Origin: a virus
Reading direction: 5' to 3' (one strand)
IMG/VR virus record: IMGVR_UViG_3300042923_000275
Span: 4,059 to 68,058 of that record
DNA length: 64,000 nucleotides
Below are positions 1 to 8,406 of this stretch, piece after piece. Under the pieces are notes generated by a model that worked only from the letters and a program-made list of their open reading frames with translations, searched no databases and was not told the DNA's origin. A program made the position numbers and the translations under genes. How positions within the stretch are numbered: position 1 is the first letter of the stretch; the number at the start of each line of letters is the position of its first letter.

Positions 1-217
1 ATATCCACACAAATCGCTCCTAAACCTAAACAAACACCTACCACGCTGGTCTCTATCTGATATTTTCTGCATACATGTCGGACATGTAATCTGACCTCTG
101 TGGACGAACCACCCACGGTATAACCTATATACCTCGAATGGCTCATCACCAGTAATTACGACATTCGGTCTGTTACCACACCTATAGCACGCCATCGGTG
201 GTCTGAACCCATCTACT

Positions 218-466
218 TCAGTAATCGTGGTCCTTCTCCTCACGTGGCATCAATCTCCTCCTATTTGGGTTGAAATCGATTGTTATGATCCCGGACTCAA
301 ACAAGCGATTAATAAATTCTCTAGTCTCATTCGGGTTGAAAGTAATATTACAGCAACCACGGGACCTTATTGTCATCTCTCCGCGCTCCGTTATCTCGAT
401 GCGCTTTGAGTCACACCTACCTAGTATGTCATTCACTTCAAATTGGAATATACCACCGTACATCAC
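218..466 (-). CDS. hypothetical protein
   Basis: 82-aa ORF; its ATG overlaps the upstream stop (ATGA) and it follows a GGAGG SD. Confidence 0.6.
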   Translation of the reverse strand: MMYGGIFQFEVNDILGRCDSKRIEITERGEMTIRSRGCCNITFNPNETREFINRLFESGIITIDFNPNRRRLMPREEKDHDY

Positions 467-1104
467 TCATCCTCCGAATCATAGGCCTCATTACCACTCT
501 TCCCATTGGTGGCTACGACATGTTGGGCTATCTTATATAATTCCTTACGCTCGATCGTATAGCCATACCCTAGGAATCTGGGATAGCGCACCAGTGAGTT
601 CATTGGGAATATTCCATCCAGATTCAATAGGTTATATACTAAGTATTTATGCTTGATATCATACTGCGTGGTATTGAACATTGTGATCATTATATTGCCA
701 TCGTCGTCGGTCCATATAGCACATTGAGCAACCGTAAAATCGAACGATTCAAGGAGATCACACACAGACTTCTGATTTGGGTTGTCACGTACAATTAACT
801 GTATTGGGGGCAGGTCTGTGACCTCGTATGTAATCGTGGTGAATGCAGTTAATTTACCCGACAGTGGACGTATGATCTCTCTGATATATAGCGACATCCT
901 ACTGCCCGGATCGTTCTTATTACAGATGAAGAACACGTCGATGTCTTTTGGCGTTTTGTTGTTGTCGATAAAATCACGTACCGCCCCACCAGCGATGATA
1001 GCACCATTACCAAGTAGGTGTCTATATTTGAATCTCAGTCCTGTCTCGTTCTCGAATTTTTCAAGTTCCATAGTACGAAAATTACTTGGCATGTCCTTGA
1101 TCAT
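463..1104 (-). CDS. nucleotidyltransferase, CCA-adding/poly(A) polymerase head-domain-like
   Basis: IAGGAVRD...KDIDVF and FDFT motifs; start set at the ATG after GGAGGA. Confidence 0.7.
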   Translation of the reverse strand: MIKDMPSNFRTMELEKFENETGLRFKYRHLLGNGAIIAGGAVRDFIDNNKTPKDIDVFFICNKNDPGSRMSLYIREIIRPLSGKLTAFTTITYEVTDLPPIQLIVRDNPNQKSVCDLLESFDFTVAQCAIWTDDDGNIMITMFNTTQYDIKHKYLVYNLLNLDGIFPMNSLVRYPRFLGYGYTIERKELYKIAQHVVATNGKSGNEAYDSEDE

Positions 1105-1342
1105 GTCTATTCCTCCATCTGGCCTCAATGGCCTTATTTGCCCTATCTGATATGTGGATGCGAATGACAGCCCTGACTTGCCTGAACTTGATTGGGTTTA
1201 TTAGCGGTAATCTATATAATAGATCCTTATGTACCGTGGATTTCCGCAATTTCATCGCTGTTGCTGTGTCTCTGATTGTGTCATGAGTATCTATAATATG
1301 GCGTGCTACGTCCAATACCCTTAACACGATATAGTCTCTCAT
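1082..1342 (-). CDS. spoIIID: SpoIIID-like sporulation transcription regulator (HTH)
   Basis: MRDYI...T(I)R..A....KSTVHKDL..RLP.INP closely follows the B. subtilis SpoIIID pattern. Confidence 0.85.
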   Translation of the reverse strand: MRDYIVLRVLDVARHIIDTHDTIRDTATAMKLRKSTVHKDLLYRLPLINPIKFRQVRAVIRIHISDRANKAIEARWRNRHDQGHAK

Positions 1343-1739
1343 GGTCGAATCCCCCTATTTGTCTCCTACATCGACATAATCCATTAAGATCAGCGCTGAT
1401 ATAAGTGCCGCGACTCCCGAACCGAACGATGTTGACATTACAACGATCGGACATTGTATGCGACTCGCATGATAGGATGTATATAACAATAGGACAGCGG
1501 CGAACATCATGAACAACCCATACTGATTCTTCACGTCATACCTCCTGAAGTAGTGGTCGGGTCCGGCCTTCCGGACCCGCCATGTCAGTCTTCAGCGAAT
1601 TGACTCAGTCTAGGTCAACTTACCAACCGCGAAACCAGCGGCAAAGCCGACAACAGCACCGATAAGGTCAAATGGAATACTAACAATATAATATTCCCCA
1701 ACTTTGATATCAAGAGACATCTGATACCATTTCGTCATT

Positions 1740-1922
1740 TTATGTATCACCTCCCGTCATTTGGAATAGGTTGCAACAACACTCGCCAGATTCTACAAAC
1801 ATAACGCACGGACATGATGTATCGTCCGTCTTCTCTGGTCGGCATGGGCAATAACCATTATTGTTGCGTAGAGCACGTCTGATGGCCTCTACAGTCCTCT
1901 TGTCTGGATTTAACTGAAACAT
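1740..1922 (-). CDS. ferredoxin-thioredoxin reductase catalytic-subunit-like protein
   Basis: LNPD...GYCPC...CPC...GECCCNLF cysteine pattern (CPC/CPC/CxC). Confidence 0.75.
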   Translation of the reverse strand: MFQLNPDKRTVEAIRRALRNNNGYCPCRPEKTDDTSCPCVMFVESGECCCNLFQMTGGDT

Positions 1923-1924
1923 TC

Positions 1925-2236
1925 CTACTGCCTCCAATACTCGCAGTACTCATTTGGTGTGACTATGCGCGTATCTCCTATATGACATAGGTTCTCATCT
2001 CGGTAAGAACAGGTACTACAACATTTTATGATACACAGGGTTGGGTTGCTGTTTGTGAGCATCGACATGGCTATCTCCAGGCCATTATATAGGCCGATTT
2101 GATAGATGTCAGCACTCTCGGAATTTGATACAAGTCCAGCTTGACTATCCCTAAGTACCCTGATGCGCTCAATTACTTGTTGTATCTGTCTGAGTTGTAC
2201 CGCTGGTAGCGATAAATCTACTATATTTGTGCCCAT
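1925..2236 (-). CDS. hypothetical protein (GLYNGLE motif, Cys-rich C-terminus)
   Basis: ORF track; motif shared with 2805..3248. Confidence 0.6.
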   Translation of the reverse strand: MGTNIVDLSLPAVQLRQIQQVIERIRVLRDSQAGLVSNSESADIYQIGLYNGLEIAMSMLTNSNPTLCIIKCCSTCSYRDENLCHIGDTRIVTPNEYCEYWRQ

Positions 2237-2281
2237 TATGTCACCTCAGATATTCGTCGCTGTCCCATATTCTATGTTATT

Positions 2282-2320
2282 GAGAAGGCCACCCCGTCTT
2301 CATCTCAGGGTGGCCTTCTC
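2282..2320. terminator. 13-bp perfect inverted repeat (terminator or processing hairpin)
   Basis: GAGAAGGCCACCC...GGGTGGCCTTCTC in an intergenic gap; no clear U-tract. Confidence 0.45.
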
Positions 2321-2367
2321 TACATGATCAAAGGAGGTGCACCACCTTGCCTAAGGGTAGGGCCTGA

Positions 2368-2646
2368 TTATTTCGCTTCTTCTGCGGCCTCTTTCACGAC
2401 AGTGGGCTTAGGAGCCGGATACTGCACGAGATCAATCGATTGGATGTCGTTAATAGCGGTTTCAGCATCCAGGGAGCCGTTGGCTACACGCAACATGGTT
2501 TCAGCTACCATAGCGGTGACCTGGGTGTTATCGATGTTCTCAGCGGCAAATTCAACTACTTTGGCTTGCTCAACCTTCGCATTGGCGGCATAATAGGCTA
2601 CAGTGTTAATATGTTTCTTGATTTTGGCGGTCAATTTGATAGACAT
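2368..2646 (-). CDS. hypothetical protein
   Basis: 92-aa ORF with a strong GGAGGT SD. Confidence 0.7.
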   Translation of the reverse strand: MSIKLTAKIKKHINTVAYYAANAKVEQAKVVEFAAENIDNTQVTAMVAETMLRVANGSLDAETAINDIQSIDLVQYPAPKPTVVKEAAEEAK

Positions 2647-2804
2647 TTTGATATCTACCTCCGTTAATTATGTACTAGGCGGCGGCACGCTTACTTACCT
2701 GACAGCCGAGAGGCGAACCCGGCAATGATATCAGCGCACCGCCATTCCTGCACTCATAATATTGCACGGTGGGGGCTGTCTACTAAACAGCCATTGGCGA
2801 TTCG

Positions 2805-3248
2805 CTACCGCATCAATTCGTACGATTTACGGCTCTCGTCTAATTCCTCTTCCGAGAGTTCTGATGTCTCCGATGTCGATGTTCTGGCACGACATTCACG
2901 ACATATGATCGATTCCACTGGCCCGTGCTCATCTTCCATCAGTTCTGACTTCATATGACGTACTAATGTCCCACATTCAGCGCATGCGATATCTACAATC
3001 TCGTCGCATTCAACTGGTATCTGTGGTACATCATTCAAAACTTCAACCTTATTGTTTGCTGTCGCTTGCATAAATCGTGGCTTACGATCGAACAGCACGG
3101 CGCACGCTAGTTCTAATCCATTATATAGCCCGATGTTGTACACATCCATACCATCGCCTTTATCGGCAGGTTCAGCCTGTGATGCCTTTAGACCTGATAC
3201 CCTGCAGATTCTCCGCTCAAGTTCTCTCATACTAACTTTCTTTTTCAT
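2805..3248 (-). CDS. hypothetical protein with GLYNGLE motif and CxxC-CxxC zinc ribbon
   Basis: CAEC...CREC; AGGAGG SD. Confidence 0.65.
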   Translation of the reverse strand: MKKKVSMRELERRICRVSGLKASQAEPADKGDGMDVYNIGLYNGLELACAVLFDRKPRFMQATANNKVEVLNDVPQIPVECDEIVDIACAECGTLVRHMKSELMEDEHGPVESIICRECRARTSTSETSELSEEELDESRKSYELMR

Positions 3249-3574
3249 CTATTGCCCTCCTGTCTCTGTTCGGTATATGTCTCTCAATGATGCACCTTGG
3301 ATAATCACGATAGAAATCTTCCTTATTATCGTATCCATGTTCCGCGATGTGCGGATAGGTCATGGTACCGACCGATCTACCACAACACCCACATATCTCG
3401 CGCCTACTGAGTTCACCGGATATCGCCATCATAGATGTATATCTATTGTTTACCATGCTCGATATTATCTGGGTGGAGACATATGATCTATCTGATACTC
3501 TGGTCATAATAAAATCATGGCCACGTAACCCCAGAATACGATCACGGATATTATGACAAATAGACACCCCTGGT

Positions 3575-4540
3575 TCATGCCGCGTCACGCACGATGGAAT
3601 ATGCCAAATCCAGCATATCAGCACCACTAATGATCGATTCGAACTTACGTTCATAGGTACGATTCGTGACAGTAGTAGTAGGACCGAATGGACGGTGATC
3701 GGAGAAATCTGCAACAGCATTGATAATACCCCACGCACTACCACGGAGATTACTTAAGTCCGGTCTAGTGTTATACACTTCCTTCAGTAGTGCACGTGAT
3801 TCCTCTACCATCTTGATTCTGATATCTGAGAATTCAGGCTTGATCGGCATCAACTGCGCGATAAAGTTATCTAACCACGTCGGTTGAATCTTCATCATCG
3901 CCAACTTGTCCGCTTCGGCACGCAGGTGATCCATATACGTATCATACATGGCTAACGTACGTCTCGCCTCATCCATCTTACCCTTGATATCTCCGGTGTG
4001 TGTGGTAGACCACATCCTGTCGGCACTTCTGATAGCCATGTTAAGAGTATTATTGCACACTACACGGATCGGGGTTATGAATGCCTTTGCAGAACTCTTA
4101 CCGTCATGACTGTTGGTGAATACTAGGTACGGCTGTATACTATCACCAACGATGATACGTTCCGGCATCCTGGCTAGTAACCATACGGTACGACCACCAT
4201 TTAGGCTTCCGGCTGTCTCGTACGTGATCTCACCACTGCCCATTCCTAGTAATGCATCAGTGAAATCAAATGCATCGGTATTTTGAATGATCTTATATTG
4301 TTTCGACACGATACCGAACACGGCATTGTCTGTGTTACGGGTGTTCGCCAGATACCCAGGGATTTCTTCATATTGTCTCTCGATTCCGCAATATAGATGT
4401 ATGGGCTTCTGCTCCACCATCCAATCTAAACCAGCATTATGTAATGCCTCTTCAGATGTCGGCGCGGAGTCGACACTCACGCCAAGACCATGCCATGGAA
4501 CTTCTCTAACATAGAACATTGTCTCAACATTAGCCGCCAT
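3575..4540 (-). CDS. DUF932-family (phage/plasmid-like, TIGR03299-type) protein
   Basis: MAANVETMFYVREVPWHGLG, YETAGSL..G, NSHDG, TPIRVVCNNTL motifs. Confidence 0.85.
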   Translation of the reverse strand: MAANVETMFYVREVPWHGLGVSVDSAPTSEEALHNAGLDWMVEQKPIHLYCGIERQYEEIPGYLANTRNTDNAVFGIVSKQYKIIQNTDAFDFTDALLGMGSGEITYETAGSLNGGRTVWLLARMPERIIVGDSIQPYLVFTNSHDGKSSAKAFITPIRVVCNNTLNMAIRSADRMWSTTHTGDIKGKMDEARRTLAMYDTYMDHLRAEADKLAMMKIQPTWLDNFIAQLMPIKPEFSDIRIKMVEESRALLKEVYNTRPDLSNLRGSAWGIINAVADFSDHRPFGPTTTVTNRTYERKFESIISGADMLDLAYSIVRDAA

Positions 4541-4544
4541 ATTG

Positions 4545-4730
4545 CTATCCCTCCAGCTCTTGTTTAAGAGTGGTTATTAGCGCGGATGCCGCAACACGTG
4601 ACATCACAGCGAAATTACGCTCATCGCTGTCGTATCCGAGTTGAATGTCGAGATTCTTGATAAACTCGATCTGAGCGGATGTCACACCGATATCATCGAA
4701 CCCAATCTTTCTGTTCGCGTTATTGCACAT
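4545..4730 (-). CDS. hypothetical protein
   Basis: ATG 8 nt after GGAGG; the longer start in the track arises from the tandem repeat. Confidence 0.55.
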   Translation of the reverse strand: MCNNANRKIGFDDIGVTSAQIEFIKNLDIQLGYDSDERNFAVMSRVAASALITTLKQELEG

Positions 4731-5049
4731 CGTCCTCGCCTCCATCATGTATATTGTCCTCGCCTCCATCATGTATATTGTCCTCGCCTCCATCATGTAT
4801 ATCATCGTTCCACTTCTCTATTTTAACCATGCGTTCCGGGACACTAACTTGTATTCTATTATCGTCCACTGTGGCGGAATACTCAAAGGTTATACGGTCT
4901 CCTGTCTCATCGTAATTTGTAACATTATCGAATTGCTCACGTTCCCTGGTAGCAATATACATTATTTCAATATGATCATACGAATTACTTTCCGGAGTTA
5001 ATAGAACCGCAGGATAACGCACCTTCATGACACACCCCCTCCGATACAC
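4720..5049 (-). CDS. hypothetical protein ending in (IHDGGED)x3
   Basis: ORF track; overlaps the thyX end; the tandem repeat encodes its tail. Confidence 0.5.
   Translation of the reverse strand: MYRRGCVMKVRYPAVLLTPESNSYDHIEIMYIATREREQFDNVTNYDETGDRITFEYSATVDDNRIQVSVPERMVKIEKWNDDIHDGGEDNIHDGGEDNIHDGGEDDVQ
4732..4802. repeat. 24-bp tandem repeat x3
   Basis: GTCCTCGCCTCCATCATGTATATT at 4732, 4756 and 4780 (third copy 23 nt). Confidence 0.95.
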
Positions 5050-5656
5050 AATGCGGCCCAGCCTTCTGGAACAGAGCAGGTGCTACTTCCTTTACCTGAC
5101 GTAGCATCTCATTAGCCATATTCCTAATCTCCCATTGAGCGCGACTACAGCACCGCTTGGAGAAGAAATGCAGTAATTCCCTGGCATTCATGGTTATGAT
5201 AATACGTGTCTCGGTGGCATTGGTCATAACATACCTGGCATCTTCCTTTGGGATGCCGAGCGACACCAATTCACGATATGCTTTATCGATTCTCGTACTG
5301 ATATCCTCGAAAACACGTCGTGCCTTCTGATTGATAAAGATAGATGGAGGGGTAATAATGTCCTTGTTGGCACTATCTACGTATCGTTGTGATTGTTGTG
5401 AGTATGATGCGACACGGTGACGTACTAGCTGATGAGACAGTACACGTGATACACCGTCAACAGCAAAGGTAAATGACGCATGTTCAAATGTCGAGAGATG
5501 TCCCATAGATGCGACACGGGTTACTAAACCAGTAACCTGCTCATCGGACATTGTGTCCAAAAGTTCCTTCGCGGTGGAAGGAGAGTAACATAGTCGCGCT
5601 GATATCGCGACAGCACGTTCTGGATTTGGCGTATGAGATAATAATACTACGTTCAA
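4985..5656 (-). CDS. thyX: FAD-dependent thymidylate synthase
   Basis: GHLSTFEH, RHRVASYSQQSQRYV, EDARYV and AQWEIR motifs; TTG start overlaps the upstream TGA. Confidence 0.95.
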   Translation of the reverse strand: MNVVLLSHTPNPERAVAISARLCYSPSTAKELLDTMSDEQVTGLVTRVASMGHLSTFEHASFTFAVDGVSRVLSHQLVRHRVASYSQQSQRYVDSANKDIITPPSIFINQKARRVFEDISTRIDKAYRELVSLGIPKEDARYVMTNATETRIIITMNARELLHFFSKRCCSRAQWEIRNMANEMLRQVKEVAPALFQKAGPHCVSEGVCHEGALSCGSINSGK

Positions 5657-6069
5657 GATACCACCCCATTCATATTTTTGATTATGTAATGACACGCGTG
5701 GATAGGATTTCGGAATACTACGTCAGCCAATGCCTTAATATATACCGGATGTTTCTCCCATGGTGATACGACGAGCAGTATCTTGTCGAATTTGCTGGCG
5801 ATCTCCATCTCGATCGGTGTTCCAATAGAAATACTGTCGGCATCAAAGATTAGCAGAACCACATCGCATTGGGATATGGCATAATCATTGATGTTCTTGA
5901 TCGTACGCTCGGCATCACCACCGTACGCGAATGCTTTGGTAGGGTTGTATACCGTAATACCGCTGCGACTCAACATACTGACCAAATCGTTTCTCCTCTT
6001 AACTACGTCGGGGTTGGCTAGGTCGATAGGGCCACCTAAATAAACGCTAGTAACTGGCTTACACAACAA
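5653..6069 (-). CDS. nucleoside 2-deoxyribosyltransferase / nucleotide N-glycosidase-like protein
   Basis: VYLGGPI...YNP...D..AI..CD...SIGTPIE pattern. Confidence 0.75.
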   Translation of the reverse strand: MLCKPVTSVYLGGPIDLANPDVVKRRNDLVSMLSRSGITVYNPTKAFAYGGDAERTIKNINDYAISQCDVVLLIFDADSISIGTPIEMEIASKFDKILLVVSPWEKHPVYIKALADVVFRNPIHACHYIIKNMNGVVS

Positions 6070-6357
6070 TCAGCACCTCCTGCGGATTTCTTCGCCGTAG
6101 ATATCGGACTGTCGGCGTTGTCTGCTAAACTCGCGCAATCCGACCTTCCTTCGTGAAGAATGGAGGTATGGAAAATCACCCTTAACTACCTTGGAGTGAT
6201 ATGCATATATTATAAGAGGGATATCTTTCTTTTGGCTTACAGTCTGGGTATCGTATCTGCAGAGTTCTCCGACTAAACAGCCGACCTCTGAAGACCTTTA
6301 GACGATATTTGAAATGCGTATGCAAACGAGCATTAGAAACAATCACCGAGGTGTAAT

Positions 6358-6894
6358 ATGGCACGATTGATAAAGGGACCGGAAACCGATCAACACCTAA
6401 AAGCATTTGAACTATACTATGGTATGGGTTCTAGCAGATCGTTACCAGCATTAGCCAAGGAAGTAGGAATGTCGGAGACAGCCGTTAAGGGATGGAGTAG
6501 GACGTTCAACTGGACCAAGAGAATAGAAGATAGAGATCAAGAAGTAGCACACGAATTAAATCGTAAGGCCGCGAAGATAGCCGCCACGAGGAAGATGGCC
6601 TATCTGGATACTATAAACATAGGAATGGAACAATTCGCAGAGGGGTTACGCAATAATACAATACAAGTTAGGTCGGTAGGAGACGCTGAAAAACTCGTTA
6701 ATATGTATATGAAATTGATCGGTGAGACTCAGATACACCAGACCAACGTAATGGTCGTCACCGCCGCTGATATTATCAAAGCAGAAAAGCAGGTGAGAGA
6801 CGTTGGAGGAACAACACTCGATATCGACCTCAGTGACTATTCCATTAGTGATGCCGGAGAAGTCGATAGTCCAGAAAATAATAGACTCAATTGA
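6358..6894 (+). CDS. terS: terminase small subunit (HTH)
   Basis: AFELYY..G.SRSL..LA...W...FNW..R; directly upstream of TerL. Confidence 0.75.
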   Translation: MARLIKGPETDQHLKAFELYYGMGSSRSLPALAKEVGMSETAVKGWSRTFNWTKRIEDRDQEVAHELNRKAAKIAATRKMAYLDTINIGMEQFAEGLRNNTIQVRSVGDAEKLVNMYMKLIGETQIHQTNVMVVTAADIIKAEKQVRDVGGTTLDIDLSDYSISDAGEVDSPENNRLN

Positions 6895-8401
6895 TGTATC
6901 ACAGAGTCCGTGGATAGCTAGATGTACGTCCGATAGAAATCTGGCAGTAAAAGTCTACATGAAGTGTAAATACGAACCATGGTTCTTTATGGATAATTTC
7001 GTCTGGACCAATGACCCACAGCTTGCATCTGCTATAGAAGCGTTAGCCGAGGAACTTGGTATAGACGTAGACGCCTCCGACATCCCATCTATTGTAAGAT
7101 TTAGGTTGTTTGATTATCAAGTAGAAACTATAAAGCGCATAGTCAACATCCGCCAGAACTCGATCTCATTTAATAACTCCGTTATAGAGAAGTGTCGCCA
7201 GATGGGCTTATCGTGGCTCCTGACGGCCTTGGAATTATGGGCCATCAGCTTCTGGGACGGGGTATCGATACTCAACATATCGCGTAAAGAGGACGAAGTA
7301 GACGACGGCGGAGATAATGCGACATTTAAGTCCCTACACGGTAAGATCAAGTTCATGTGGGATAGATTGCCGCCGTTTCTGAAACCTAGTTTGGTTTTTA
7401 AGTTCCTAACCATCCGACATGACGATAGGGACTCATTCATAAAAGGCGAATCCGCGAATATCAATGCTGGTCGTGGTGGTACATTCAAGTTCGTATTGAT
7501 AGATGAAGCCGCACACGTACCAAAATCGGAAAGCGTATTCGAATCTGTTAAACAGGCGTGCAAGAGAGGAATTTGTCTAAACTCAACACCAAATGGCAAG
7601 TCGAATGTATTCGCCCGTATAAGGTTCTCACCGAAGACCACATTCAATCTTATAACTCTACACTGGAAGTTACATCCACATAGAGATAATACATGGTACG
7701 AACTCCAGAAGAGAGATATGACCGAGGAACAGGTAGCACAGGAATTAGATATAAGCTATGATAAGTCAGTTAAGGGCCGCGTTTACCCTGAATTTGATTA
7801 TCAGACACATGTCAAGGACGACATTAAATATAATCCTGCATTGCCTACGTACGTATCGTGGGACTTCGGCCTACGAGATGCTACATCATTGATATTCTAT
7901 CAAATAGATCCATATAATAATGTGTTCGTATTCGATGAACTTGAGAACTCAGGCAAAACCATAGATTGGTACGCCAAGAGATTCAAAGAAAAGAACTACC
8001 CTACTAGGGCGCATTATGGTGACCCTGCTGGTAAGCAGAAGAATCTCATAACTGGATATAGTGTAATACAGGAATTGAGTTCGAAATTTGGTATCAATGT
8101 CATTACCCGTGCTGTTAGTGTTATAGATAAAATACGTGCAGTACGTAAATTCCTAAAAGGTAGTGCGAAGGGTCCGCGTTTATTTGTTAGTAGTAAATGT
8201 GTCAATTTCATCGACTGTATTACCAATTATAAATATCCGGATGCTAAAGAGGGTAAGGAACTATCAGAGACTCCGGTACATGATTGGACATCCCACAGCA
8301 TGAACTCGTTCGAATACTTCGTTATCAATAAGTTCCCGGCATTACTGAGAATCACCAAAACAAGAAATTATACGGATAACCGTATGGCCGCTAGGAGGTA
8401 A
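6803..8401 (+). CDS. terL: terminase large subunit
   Basis: KCRQMGLSW Walker A-like, LIDEAAH Walker B, STPNG, WDFG nuclease motif; start uncertain (alternative ATG 6851). Confidence 0.92.
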   Translation: MEEQHSISTSVTIPLVMPEKSIVQKIIDSIDVSQSPWIARCTSDRNLAVKVYMKCKYEPWFFMDNFVWTNDPQLASAIEALAEELGIDVDASDIPSIVRFRLFDYQVETIKRIVNIRQNSISFNNSVIEKCRQMGLSWLLTALELWAISFWDGVSILNISRKEDEVDDGGDNATFKSLHGKIKFMWDRLPPFLKPSLVFKFLTIRHDDRDSFIKGESANINAGRGGTFKFVLIDEAAHVPKSESVFESVKQACKRGICLNSTPNGKSNVFARIRFSPKTTFNLITLHWKLHPHRDNTWYELQKRDMTEEQVAQELDISYDKSVKGRVYPEFDYQTHVKDDIKYNPALPTYVSWDFGLRDATSLIFYQIDPYNNVFVFDELENSGKTIDWYAKRFKEKNYPTRAHYGDPAGKQKNLITGYSVIQELSSKFGINVITRAVSVIDKIRAVRKFLKGSAKGPRLFVSSKCVNFIDCITNYKYPDAKEGKELSETPVHDWTSHSMNSFEYFVINKFPALLRITKTRNYTDNRMAARR

Positions 8402-8406
8402 TAACA

